DNA of 64,000 bases from an uncultured Gammaproteobacteria bacterium (GTDB lineage Bacteria; Pseudomonadota; Gammaproteobacteria; UBA9214). The notes under the pieces were generated by a model. The model was not told the DNA's origin. It saw nothing but the letters and a program-made list of their open reading frames with translations, and made no database searches. This document shows positions 40,591 to 49,875 of the stretch, piece by piece (the first letter of the stretch is position 1; each line of letters begins with the position of its first letter). The stretch spans positions 59,799 to 123,798 of the forward strand of contig CAWHCQ010000031.1 in NCBI GenBank assembly GCA_963827755.1, given 5' to 3'. Position numbers and translations under genes: made by a program.

Positions 40591-41259
40591 CTAGAACTGC
40601 ACGTTGATGGAATCGTGCAGGATCGACGAGCGGGTATCGATAACGGCATCGCTTATTACTGCATGACGCCGCACCTGGAAATAGACGGTCTTGTTTCCCG
40701 GCCCGGCGCTCAACCTGAAGCCCGGCCTGTTCTCGTAAGCCTGCCACTCTGCACCGTTAAAGTCAGGTCTTTCACTGGCACGATACTGGGTTGCACTGCC
40801 CGTGATTTTATTGTCCAGCGCCACCAGCGTATTCGCCGTAACGGCCGCTCCATCATTGAGCGAAAAAGACTCGATCTCCAGGCCAGCCGTTTTTCTGACC
40901 CTGACATCCTTGTCCAGCGGACATTGAACTCCACCACCCCCCGTTATGAGGGACAACACCAGCATCCTGTTTTTACCGGAGCCGGCCATGCGTTCCTGTT
41001 CGCCCATGTACCCCGACCTCGAGGCGGTTACAAGCAGCCGCGTTCGCGGCACGTCTGTAAACATCACGTAGCCTTCGGCATTCGTAAGACCTGTGCCAAA
41101 CTGGCTCAACCTGGCCGACGTCCCCAGACACACGGCCACACCCTGGAGCGGCGCCTTGCCGCCACGTTCAAAAATGCGCACCGTGAGTTGGGCAGCAGAG
41201 CTGCTTGCAGACATCACCAGCAAAAGCACTGTAAACAGCCCCAACAACCAGGATTTCAT
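40591..41259 (-). CDS. Secreted protein with carboxypeptidase-regulatory-like and beta-rich domains
   Basis: Signal peptide; PLQGVAV, TNAEG, ASRSGY; C-terminal NDGA...GNKTVYFQVR. Confidence 0.7.
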   Translation of the reverse strand: MKSWLLGLFTVLLLVMSASSSAAQLTVRIFERGGKAPLQGVAVCLGTSARLSQFGTGLTNAEGYVMFTDVPRTRLLVTASRSGYMGEQERMAGSGKNRMLVLSLITGGGGVQCPLDKDVRVRKTAGLEIESFSLNDGAAVTANTLVALDNKITGSATQYRASERPDFNGAEWQAYENRPGFRLSAGPGNKTVYFQVRRHAVISDAVIDTRSSILHDSINVQF

Positions 41260-41362
41260 AATAGACGACTCCACCGACACGACTTTTATCATCATATAAT
41301 TTACGTCTGTTGAGCGCATCTGCTGCATTTATTATAACCCTGTTTAACACCGGTAAAGGTCT

Positions 41363-41764
41363 TCAATTATTATCAGTGCCTGCAAGCGCCAGAAGTGATT
41401 TGCGCAAGGCCGTCTCTGTCACAGGAAAAGCAAGTGCCTGATGCACCGGCAGTCGGGTACGCAGTTTTTCAAACTGCGGAGAAAATTCCTTTTCATAAAA
41501 AATGATCACGCGGATATCCGGCGACCGCTGCACGACAGCCAGCAGTGATTCAAGGTTGCTGGACCGGTCCCTGAAATCGGACTGGAAATTAAATTCGGCT
41601 ACGATCACATCGGGTTCTCTCTTCTTGAGGAAACCGATGGCCTTGCGCATGCGTGTCTCTATAGCCACTTCGTAACCGAGTTCCCTGTAAAGCGGGGCAA
41701 AATCCGGGTAGCCCCCAAGCTCTATGATGGATAGCAGCAACTTTTCCGGTTTACTGGCAGTCAT
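41363..41764 (-). CDS. Stand-alone receiver-like hypothetical protein
   Basis: beta/alpha pattern LLSIIE..., PDVIVAEF, VIIFY; canonical phospho-Asp and Lys not evident. Confidence 0.65.
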   Translation of the reverse strand: MTASKPEKLLLSIIELGGYPDFAPLYRELGYEVAIETRMRKAIGFLKKREPDVIVAEFNFQSDFRDRSSNLESLLAVVQRSPDIRVIIFYEKEFSPQFEKLRTRLPVHQALAFPVTETALRKSLLALAGTDNN

Positions 41765-41967
41765 GCGGGAATCATAACCCCGGCCTTTCAATACCCGGTG
41801 CCCGGGACAGTTTCAGCCGCACCGGTCCCGCCCGCCTGGACCGGCGACCGGCAGGCCTGAACACTGTGGAAATACCCGGTCGGGGCCCATGGTGACGCTG
41901 TTTATCAGCCAAAAAAACCCATATCCTGTTGTATCTATGACACTTATTGAAATATTATTTTATGAAT

Positions 41968-42019
41968 ATTAGAATATTTTAAATTAGTACTTGCTTATTT
42001 ACTGATTTACTAATATTAT
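41968..42019 (+). promoter_or_regulatory. Promoter and tandem palindromic sites upstream of Sgp-like gene 1
   Basis: TTGCTT, 17 nt, TATTAT; overlapped by ATTAG-N6-TTAAA, ATTAG-N6-CTTAT, TTACT-N6-CTAAT. Confidence 0.6.
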
Positions 42020-42088
42020 TCTTCCCGTCCTTGCAGACAAACACATTTTTTAACCCGATTTTTAAACTTTTACCTGGAGATACATATT

Positions 42089-42424
42089 ATGAAAACTACA
42101 GCTACCTTGATTTCTGCCGTGACGCTGATTGTCGCTTCCACCGCCGCTTCTGCCTGGGGTTTTGGTCCTTTCGGCAACAACGGTTACAACGACTATGGCA
42201 ACAACGGTTATGGTGACGGATACGGCGACGGCGAGTTCGACGGCTCTTTCGGTTTTAACATGAGCGCGAGTGGTCGTGGCCACGGTCGTGGACGCGGTAA
42301 CGGCTACAATGGTTACAACGGCTACAACGGTTATGGTTATGCGCCTTATGGCCAGGCCCCTTACGGTTATGCCCCGGTTGCTGCTCCGGTTGCCCCGCAG
42401 GCTGCTGATAGCGTTGCCAAGTAA
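42089..42424 (+). CDS. Sulfur globule protein-like (SgpA/B type), copy 1
   Basis: Signal peptide ASA/W; GDGEFDGSFGFNMS, GRG repeats, GYNGY and APYGY repeats. Confidence 0.8.
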   Translation: MKTTATLISAVTLIVASTAASAWGFGPFGNNGYNDYGNNGYGDGYGDGEFDGSFGFNMSASGRGHGRGRGNGYNGYNGYNGYGYAPYGQAPYGYAPVAAPVAPQAADSVAK

Positions 42425-42450
42425 GTAACCCTTACTTTACCAAAAAAGCC

Positions 42451-42489
42451 AAACGGGGGTGACGCGCAAGCGCCACCCCCGTTTTTTTT
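42451..42489 (+). terminator. Rho-independent terminator of Sgp-like gene 1
   Basis: ACGGGGGTGACGC-GCAA-GCGCCACCCCCGT followed by a T tract. Confidence 0.85.
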
Positions 42490-42529
42490 GCCCGCATGGC
42501 CCGCTTGCGCCGCATCGGCCAGGACCGGC

Positions 42530-42868
42530 CTATTCTTCAGACAGGTACCGGTCATCCAGGTTGGTATGGCACAACACCCCGCGCATGGTACCGATCAGCT
42601 CCAGCAACTGCTCATTACGAACACGGTAATAAATACGGTTCGCATCGCGCCGCGACCTGACGATATTCTTGTTGCGCAGCTGATCGAGGTGCTGCGAGAC
42701 ATTACTCTGGGAAGTGCCGATTTTCTCGACGATCTCGCCAACCGACATCTCTTTTTCTCCGAGCGTACAGAGGATCTTCCAGCGCAGCGGGTGACCCATG
42801 GCCTTGAGGGCATCCGCCGTCAGCGTGATATCCTCATCGTGCGCGTTATCAGGTTTTGAATCTGCCAT
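42530..42868 (-). CDS. ArsR/SmtB regulator with two Cys (BigR/SqrR-like)
   Basis: LKAMGHPLRWKILC, SQSNVSQHL, IYYR, C-terminal VLC. Confidence 0.88.
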   Translation of the reverse strand: MADSKPDNAHDEDITLTADALKAMGHPLRWKILCTLGEKEMSVGEIVEKIGTSQSNVSQHLDQLRNKNIVRSRRDANRIYYRVRNEQLLELIGTMRGVLCHTNLDDRYLSEE

Positions 42869-42925
42869 CGATTACTCCGGTTTCCATGCATGGAAGTGTA
42901 CCGACTGTGCCCGCAGTTGCAACCA

Positions 42926-43780
42926 TCAGGCCTGCGGCGACTCATTGCCAACACGCCTGTACCCGGTCATATCCTTCGCTATACAAATGATATCCGTAAT
43001 CACTTCCGCGTCATCCATTATCGCGGTACGCGAAAACAGGATTGGCACCCGGCGCTGGTCACTGGCAATGAAAGACGCCTCGATACTGCTGATGGTGCCC
43101 GTGCGGATCAAGGCCTCCAGCCAGGTCCCCATAAAGGCGTTGGCCTGTTCCGACTCTTCCTCCTCGAAGACATCGCCGATAGCCATCCCGATCAGGTCGC
43201 TCTCGCCATATCCAAGCATGCGACAGGCCGCCGGGTTGGCTGCCTTGATTCGCCCCGAAGGCTTCAGCAGCAACAGTGCCTCCCCCATGTTATTGATAAC
43301 ATTTTGCAGGTAGTTCTTCGCCTGGCGTAATTCTTCCGTGCGCTGCTCGACCAGCATTTCAAGCTGCCGGTTCATATCGCGCTCTTTTTCAATCAGGCGC
43401 AGATAGGTGCTGATCTTGTTGATCAGCTGGTTATCGTCTATGGGCTTGAGCAGGTAATCCGCGGCACCGACTTCATATCCCTTTTGCTGGAACTCGTCGG
43501 TCTTGTAGGCCGCGGTCAGGAAGATGATCGGGATATCGCGGGTCTTCTGCCGCACCTTGAGCATCGAGGCCGTCTGGAAACCGTCCATTTCCGGCATCTG
43601 TATATCAAGCACAATCAGGTCGATGCGAGGATCTTGCAGCGCCATATCCAGCGCCGCCTGGCCGGAATCGGCTTCCAGCACCTCGACATCCATATGCCTG
43701 TTTATCAGGCTCCTCAAGGTGTACAGATTGTTGGCATTGTCATCAACAATCAGCACCCGGAATCCTGCATAGTGTTTCAT
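42926..43780 (-). CDS. Response regulator (REC, coiled coil, PAS; no output domain)
   Basis: LIVDD, LDIQMPEMDG, YLLKP; PAS ANPAACRMLGY. Confidence 0.9.
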   Translation of the reverse strand: MKHYAGFRVLIVDDNANNLYTLRSLINRHMDVEVLEADSGQAALDMALQDPRIDLIVLDIQMPEMDGFQTASMLKVRQKTRDIPIIFLTAAYKTDEFQQKGYEVGAADYLLKPIDDNQLINKISTYLRLIEKERDMNRQLEMLVEQRTEELRQAKNYLQNVINNMGEALLLLKPSGRIKAANPAACRMLGYGESDLIGMAIGDVFEEEESEQANAFMGTWLEALIRTGTISSIEASFIASDQRRVPILFSRTAIMDDAEVITDIICIAKDMTGYRRVGNESPQA

Positions 43781-43781
43781 C

Positions 43782-46169
43782 TCAGCCACGCCCCGCCTCC
43801 GCTGTTTCACCGCTTGCTGCACCCGCCAGGTATTTATCCAGTTTGGCTTTCAGTTCCAGCGGGTCTACCGGCTTGACGATATAGTCATTGGCGCCGGCCG
43901 CCAGGCACTGTTCCAGATCATCCGCGCCCGCCTTTGCAGTCAGCGCAACAATCGGCAGCACCGTAAAGCGGTCCTGCGCGCGTATTCGCCTGATAGCCTC
44001 GTAACCGTCCATTCCGGGCATCATTATATCCATGAACACCAGGCCGAAATCACCCCCGGTGGCCAGCGTTTCCAGTGCCTCGCTGCCGTCACCGGCGGCC
44101 ATCACCTCGAGTTTCCATTTCTCCAGCAGGGGAGTCAGCGCAAGCAGGTTACGCATATCATCATCCACCACCAGGACACGCGCATGGTGATAATCAGCCT
44201 GCGGGAGTTGCTGCTGCTGTTCACTGTCACTCCGCCCCGTGACCTGCTTGTATCGACCCGGGTCTTCCACCATCTCCGGCATCTCCGCCAGCAACATCAG
44301 GGTGAAGGTCGAGCCTTGTCCGGGCTCACTCTGCAGCTCGATCTGTCCGCCCATGAGATGCGCAAGCTCACGACTGATGGTCAGCCCCAGGCCGGTGCCG
44401 CCAAAGCGACGGCTGGTTGAACCATCCGCCTGCTTGAAAGCCTCGAATACCTTTTCACTTTCACTGGCAGGAATACCGATACCTGTATCTGTCACGCTGA
44501 TGGTAACAGGCCAGTGCCTGCCTTCACTGTCCGTGCCGGACTGCAGGCGCATTGTCACACGGCCCTGCTCGGTAAACTTGACGGCATTGGAAAGAAAATT
44601 AATCAGGATCTGGCGCAACTTCTCACCGTCGGCAGTGATTGTTGCAGGCGCAGACGCATCGATTTCCAGCACCAGGTCGAGATGTTTTTCCTCGAACTGC
44701 GGCTTCATCAATTCCAGCACACTGTTCAGTACCGGCTCCAGCTCCACCGTCTCCGCTACCAGCGTCAGCTGCATTGCATCGATGCGTGACAGGTCGAGTA
44801 TATTGTCAATTAATGCCTTCAGGTCGGTGCCCGCGGAATGAATGACACGCGCCTGCCGGCTACCCTCCCCCGGGGTTTGTACATTACTGCTGTCAGCCAG
44901 CATTTTTGACAGCAGCAATATCGAATTCAACGGTGTACGCAGTTCGTGGCTGACGTTGGCAAGGAACTCGGACTTGTAACGATTGGACGCTTCCAGCTCG
45001 TCTGCATGAGCACGCAGCGCCTTGCTGTGTTGCGAATGAGTGTCAGCCAGCCGGGTAAGATTCTTGCCAAGGTCATGCAATTCCTGCGGCCGATTCCAGG
45101 AAAAGCTGACCGGCTCATTAACTTCCAGCACTTTTGAAATCCCGTCCGTCAACTCATGACCCAGGCGTTCGCTCCTGAGTGCAATCAAGCGCGCCACCAC
45201 GAATACGACCAGCAGCAGGGCAATTGCGACAATTGCAACACGAACCTGGATTGCATTACGCAGTTGAGTGATGGGAGACGGGTCGACACTGCGACCGACC
45301 CAGAGCGGGCCTGCATCCACCGTGTCGAACAGGGGCACCCACAGGACCTGCTGACCCCCGTATTCCCACAGATCCAGTTTACCTTTGCTGAAAATTTCAT
45401 CGAGTCCGCGAAAGTCATCGAATGCCGTGGCTGTCGCCACAGCCTCCCCGTCGGCCGCCGCATCCAGGTAACGGCCATCGCTGTGCGCCCAGTAGATACC
45501 ACGATAGGCATTCGCCAGCCCCCCCATATCCAGGTAGACGATGACCACGCCGTGCTTTTCAGCCGCACCATCCGGCTTTTCGCCCGGACCGAACAGGTAT
45601 ACAGGACTCACCAGGCCAAGCTGCATCCATCGGCCGGGCGATGCGTCCTGCCGGTTCTCGCCAAATTCGATGGGGCCCGTCATTACACTGCCGGGAGGCA
45701 TACCGACCCCGGTTTCGACCAGCTTTTTATTATGGCTGTCCGTCGAGCCGTCGAGCGGCTCCAGTTTACCGGCAGGTTTGCCGCGCCCGAGACCCAGGGT
45801 CAACTGCCCGCGCTTGTCGAGAAAAAGTATCCGGGTGATATCGAGCTGGTCAAACAGGACCTGGTTGATCCAGTCCGCATAAGTCAGGCGGGCCGCCTCG
45901 ATGGCACGGGCATTGTCCGGTTTGTCATCCGCGAGCAACAGGCCGGGCTCCGGCATCTTCGCCAGCAAGCGCGCGATCTCGTTACGCCTTGCAATATGCT
46001 GGTCGAGGTCGCTGAAGCCGGCGCGCAGGTTTTGCAGATAGGCCTCGTGATAGATTGCCTCGATACGATGAAAGATCATCGGTACATTGATCACAAAGCC
46101 GATCAGCAACGGAACCAGGCCGAACAGAAAAAGTAACAACGAGATCTGGGTGCGCAGCTTCATCGACAA
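43782..46169 (-). CDS. Hybrid sensor histidine kinase
   Basis: Two TM plus periplasmic domain; SHELRTPL, NAVKFT, DTGIG, GTGLGL; C-terminal REC. Confidence 0.95.
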   Translation of the reverse strand: MSMKLRTQISLLLFLFGLVPLLIGFVINVPMIFHRIEAIYHEAYLQNLRAGFSDLDQHIARRNEIARLLAKMPEPGLLLADDKPDNARAIEAARLTYADWINQVLFDQLDITRILFLDKRGQLTLGLGRGKPAGKLEPLDGSTDSHNKKLVETGVGMPPGSVMTGPIEFGENRQDASPGRWMQLGLVSPVYLFGPGEKPDGAAEKHGVVIVYLDMGGLANAYRGIYWAHSDGRYLDAAADGEAVATATAFDDFRGLDEIFSKGKLDLWEYGGQQVLWVPLFDTVDAGPLWVGRSVDPSPITQLRNAIQVRVAIVAIALLLVVFVVARLIALRSERLGHELTDGISKVLEVNEPVSFSWNRPQELHDLGKNLTRLADTHSQHSKALRAHADELEASNRYKSEFLANVSHELRTPLNSILLLSKMLADSSNVQTPGEGSRQARVIHSAGTDLKALIDNILDLSRIDAMQLTLVAETVELEPVLNSVLELMKPQFEEKHLDLVLEIDASAPATITADGEKLRQILINFLSNAVKFTEQGRVTMRLQSGTDSEGRHWPVTISVTDTGIGIPASESEKVFEAFKQADGSTSRRFGGTGLGLTISRELAHLMGGQIELQSEPGQGSTFTLMLLAEMPEMVEDPGRYKQVTGRSDSEQQQQLPQADYHHARVLVVDDDMRNLLALTPLLEKWKLEVMAAGDGSEALETLATGGDFGLVFMDIMMPGMDGYEAIRRIRAQDRFTVLPIVALTAKAGADDLEQCLAAGANDYIVKPVDPLELKAKLDKYLAGAASGETAEAGRG

Positions 46170-46317
46170 TTATTCCGGTACAGTTGCATACAGTACTGAC
46201 AGGTGTCCGGCAATTTTACGGTTCACGGCCTGGTGAACAGGATTACTGAAACCTGTGAGGTTTTACTTTAACATGTGCGCCAATCGAGATATCCGGAATC
46301 GCCTTGATGACGGCTGC

Positions 46318-47067
46318 TCAATCCAGGTACCTGGCCTGCCACTCCAGGAACTTGCCCTGCACAAACTCTGCGTAGGCTGCCTTGTCACTGAACTGGCCCG
46401 GATCAAAGGCATCGTAAATATAGTAGTTAACCCGGTTGTTCCTGGTGGTGCTCATGTGCCAGATCTTGTGCAACAGCGTCTGCGGGCTGCGCCACTCGAA
46501 GTCGTCCTGTGATTCATAATGCAGGAAGACAGGCAGGATCGGCACCCCGCTGCGCAATGAAATATCAAAGGCGCCGTAACGGAACGATTCGAAGATGCGC
46601 CGCCCCTTGCAACCGCCTTCCGGATACAGGGCAATATTCTTTCCCGCAGCCAGCTCCCGGCTGATCTGTTCGGCCACGGCAATACGCGACTCTTTCGACT
46701 CACGTTCCACATACAGGGAACCGGAGGCCGTACTGATCCGGCCGACCAGCCACCAGTCCCTGACCTCGATCTTTGCCAGTGAATGTACCGGGAAAATCGC
46801 GGGGATGCCGATGTCTTCAAACGCAGACGGATGATTGGCAACAAGGATGTACTGGTCGGGTAACGGGCGGAGATTTTTCTGGTGGACACGCAGGTCAACG
46901 CCCAGTGCGCGTACAAAGGCTCTCGACCAGAAGCGAAACAGGGGGAAATAAAAGCCTTGCAGCAGCGTCCGTGGCAACCAGGACAACAGGTACATCAACA
47001 GCGTGAACAGGGTTAACTCGATCCAGCAGATAACGCGCCACGCAACCTTGATAATAAACCCGATCAA
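46318..47067 (-). CDS. 1-acyl-sn-glycerol-3-phosphate acyltransferase family protein
   Basis: NHPSAFED (HxxxxD), YPEGG. Confidence 0.88.
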   Translation of the reverse strand: MIGFIIKVAWRVICWIELTLFTLLMYLLSWLPRTLLQGFYFPLFRFWSRAFVRALGVDLRVHQKNLRPLPDQYILVANHPSAFEDIGIPAIFPVHSLAKIEVRDWWLVGRISTASGSLYVERESKESRIAVAEQISRELAAGKNIALYPEGGCKGRRIFESFRYGAFDISLRSGVPILPVFLHYESQDDFEWRSPQTLLHKIWHMSTTRNNRVNYYIYDAFDPGQFSDKAAYAEFVQGKFLEWQARYLD

Positions 47068-47243
47068 CGCACGGCTCTCCTTGAATGCTTGTTACCCGGA
47101 CTCAATCAGTACTATCGGCAGGTGCAATATTTCATTTATATCTCATGATCTTATGATATTCCAGCCGGGCACTGCAGGAAAACCCCTGCCACAGTGCCCG
47201 GCGAGCGGTTATTCGGGTTCAGCCTGAGACATCTGGCCCGGCG

Positions 47244-48068
47244 CTAGCCCACATCGGCCAGCAAACTGATGACGACGCTGCCGTCGACAGCATCGAGCCC
47301 GTGAGCCGCCGGGATAATGATGCGTGATGAACGTCCCTGCAGCGCCGGTACATTATTCATGTCCTGGCTGTAGGCCGGCACAACATTGTCACCCCACCCT
47401 GCCGGCGTCTGGCCGTGAACGATGGAATAATATTTGACTTCCGGGTGGACCTGGGCATTTAACCAGTAGAGCAGGTTTCCGGGCCTTGGTCGTACCAGGT
47501 CGACATACAGGCTGCGTGAACGCATCAGCGTATCGTAGCCCTCGCCCCCGAAAAAGTCCGTCATAATCGAAAAGGGAAATGGAATATCGGTAGCATCCAG
47601 TGCATGCTCGGCAAGCGAGGTACCGAGGTGCGGGCTGGCGATGGTAATCAGTGCCTTTACATTTTCAGCACCGCCACGCACCAGCGCCGTGCGTGCAACC
47701 ACACCCCCGGCAGAATGCCCCACGAGGGTGATGGATTCCCCGGCATGCTGTGCATTAATGGCGGCAAGCACCTGGCGCAGCAGTTCAACCTGTATCAGCA
47801 CCGGCGCTTCCGAGGGAAAATCCACGGTATAGAACCTGTCACCGGACTTCGCAGCGGGTACCGGCATCAACAGGACACCGGCCGGGCCTGCCACGTAAGT
47901 GCCGGCGCGCTGCCAGTCGTGTTGCTGAAGAATCGATGTAAAACCGGTCTCATCCCAGTACCTGGAGCCACTGAGGTAACCGTGCACCAGCACCAGCACA
48001 TCAGCACGTAGCGGGAATGCAGCCAGCCCCGTGGCCAGCATTAACAAGGCAATGAGTCCTTTTTTCAT
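47244..48068 (-). CDS. Secreted alpha/beta hydrolase (lipase-like)
   Basis: Signal peptide, LVHG, GHSAGG, ASPHLG. Confidence 0.88.
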   Translation of the reverse strand: MKKGLIALLMLATGLAAFPLRADVLVLVHGYLSGSRYWDETGFTSILQQHDWQRAGTYVAGPAGVLLMPVPAAKSGDRFYTVDFPSEAPVLIQVELLRQVLAAINAQHAGESITLVGHSAGGVVARTALVRGGAENVKALITIASPHLGTSLAEHALDATDIPFPFSIMTDFFGGEGYDTLMRSRSLYVDLVRPRPGNLLYWLNAQVHPEVKYYSIVHGQTPAGWGDNVVPAYSQDMNNVPALQGRSSRIIIPAAHGLDAVDGSVVISLLADVG

Positions 48069-48167
48069 GGGTTTCCTCCGAAAGTCATCTGGGCATCATA
48101 TTAAACAGCTGCTGCGCGCAATTTGCTCATGAGGTGCATGAATTTGCAAGCAGGACCTGTCACCAAT

Positions 48168-48203
48168 AAAAAACGGGGGTGACGCTTTCGCGCTACCCCC
48201 GTC
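48168..48203 (-). terminator. Rho-independent terminator of Sgp-like gene 2
   Basis: ACGGGGGTAGCGC-GAAA-GCGTCACCCCCGT plus T tract; homologous to 42451-42489. Confidence 0.85.
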
Positions 48204-48231
48204 TGGCTTTTTTGGTAAGTAAAAAAGTTAC

Positions 48232-48618
48232 TTACTGTGCAGCAGCCGGTGCAGCCGGGGCAACCGGGGCACCATAAGGAGCACCATAACCGACAGGAGC
48301 GCCATAACCATAAGGAGCACCGTAACCGTAAGGAGCACCATAGCCATAACCGTTGTAGCCATTGTAACGGTTGTAACCATTACCATAACCACGACCATAG
48401 CCACGACCGCTGCCACGTGCGCTGCCGCCCATGCTGAAACCGAAATCACCGTCGAAATCGCCATCGCCATAGCCGTCGCCATAGCCGCTGCCATAGCCGT
48501 TGTTACCCCAGCCGTTGTTGTAACCGTTGTTTCCGAAAGGACCGCCGCCCCAGGCAGAAGCAGCCGTAGAAGCAACAGCCAGCGTAGCTGCAAAAATTAC
48601 TGTAGCAATAGTTTTCAT
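48232..48618 (-). CDS. Sulfur globule protein-like (SgpA/B type), copy 2
   Basis: [23 protein letters not shown]; [15 protein letters not shown]; repeated GYGAPY. Confidence 0.8.
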   Translation of the reverse strand: MKTIATVIFAATLAVASTAASAWGGGPFGNNGYNNGWGNNGYGSGYGDGYGDGDFDGDFGFSMGGSARGSGRGYGRGYGNGYNRYNGYNGYGYGAPYGYGAPYGYGAPVGYGAPYGAPVAPAAPAAAQ

Positions 48619-48689
48619 TGATATGTCTCCTGATAGGTAAAAATTATTCATCTAGAAAGTTGGTTGTCTGTAAAGACAGAAAACATAAT

Positions 48690-48737
48690 ATAAGTAATCT
48701 CTTAATTAAGCAATATCTTATTTAAGAATATTCTTAA
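48690..48737. promoter_or_regulatory. Three abutting 16-bp palindromes (TAAG-N6-CTTA core) upstream of Sgp-like gene 2
   Basis: ATAAGTAATCTCTTAA | TTAAGCAATATCTTAT | TTAAGAATATTCTTAA. Confidence 0.7.
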
Positions 48738-48863
48738 TTATTTTAAAATAACGGCAAATCATGGCTAAGTCATTAACTTACAACAGGTTAGACCAGATAA
48801 GAACTGACCAGGGGGTACGCAGACTGTTTGAATTCGCACGCCGGGAAGCACAGTATTCAACAA

Positions 48864-48876
48864 AATCAATAAGTTA
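48864..48876 (+). promoter_or_regulatory. IHF-consensus site
   Basis: AATCAATAAGTTA fits WATCAANNNNTTR. Confidence 0.45.
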
Positions 48877-49096
48877 TATACTCCAGAACGCTAATGCCGC
48901 AGGCGCCCGGGCGGGCGCGAACATCTGGAACATGGGCTTTGGGGAAATATTTTTTCCAACTTCTGAATATACAAAAATTACCCTTTTCCGATATACCAGC
49001 ATTATCAAAACCCTACAAAATTCCTTACGAATAAGGGGAAAATCGCGTCAATCTATTGTTGTTGACAGTCCCCGGCAGGACGGGCGTAATCAATAC

Positions 49097-49271
49097 ACCT
49101 CCGGAAGAAAGCACCAATCGGGGCGGCGAATGCCGAATCAGGATCGTTACAGAACACCCGGCCTTGTGCCGGGGTAAAGATCGCTCTTGAGTAGAAACAG
49201 CAGTAATCGAAGTTGCAGTATTGCCCAATACCAACCTCCTTTTTATCCCGCCGCTTGGCGGGATTTTTTTT
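49097..49271 (+). ncRNA. Candidate small RNA
   Basis: TTGACA, 17 nt, CGTAAT upstream; internal hairpin; CCTCCTT before the terminator; no convincing ORF. Confidence 0.5.
49245..49271 (+). terminator. Rho-independent terminator
   Basis: ATCCCGCC-GCTT-GGCGGGAT followed by a T tract. Confidence 0.85.
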
Positions 49272-49375
49272 GCCTGCAGGGCCGGCTGCAGGCGCCCCCG
49301 CCCGGAAACGGGTCGCCTTCGCCAAACCGGGCAGTTACCCTAGACAGTGATGCTTACTGTTAAAGGTGCCTGGAT

Positions 49376-49852
49376 ATGGAACCCTGGCTGGTAACGACCC
49401 TGTTAGTGCTACTGGTCACCGCCAATGGCGCACCGGTGATTGCCGGCCTGTTGCTGGGGAGGTGCTGCGACTGGCCCCTGGACAACAATATCCGCTTCAG
49501 CGACCAATACCCGCTGCTCGGGCCCTCCAAGACCCTGCGCGGACTCATCAGCGCCATTGTTGCTACGGCACTGGTGGCTGCGCTGCTGGGAATGGCCTGG
49601 ATCGACGGCGCCTTTTTTGCCCTGCTCGCCATGTCAGGAGACCTTTGTTCCAGCTTTATCAAACGCAGGCTCGGATTGCCCTCGAGCCATTCCGTCCCGT
49701 TGCTGGACCAGTTGCCGGAGTGCATCCTGCCCGTCTGGATCATGCAGCCGGTATTCGGGCAAGGCGTCAGCGAAACGCTGGCAGCAGTGGCCGCCTTTAT
49801 CGCCATCGACCTGCTGTTTTCAGGGTTGGTCAAACCGGAAACAGACCGCTAA
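49376..49852 (+). CDS. CDP-archaeol synthase (CarS)-like membrane cytidylyltransferase
   Basis: ANGAPV, PLD, GPSKTLRG, GDLCSSFIKRRLG, LLDQ. Confidence 0.8.
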   Translation: MEPWLVTTLLVLLVTANGAPVIAGLLLGRCCDWPLDNNIRFSDQYPLLGPSKTLRGLISAIVATALVAALLGMAWIDGAFFALLAMSGDLCSSFIKRRLGLPSSHSVPLLDQLPECILPVWIMQPVFGQGVSETLAAVAAFIAIDLLFSGLVKPETDR

Positions 49853-49875
49853 AGCCGATCCCGGCCGCGAACGGG

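Noticed and set aside
48761-49177. 138-aa ORF divergent from Sgp-like gene 2
   Set aside because: AT-rich with atypical composition, no clear RBS, and it overlaps promoter-like and IHF-like signals
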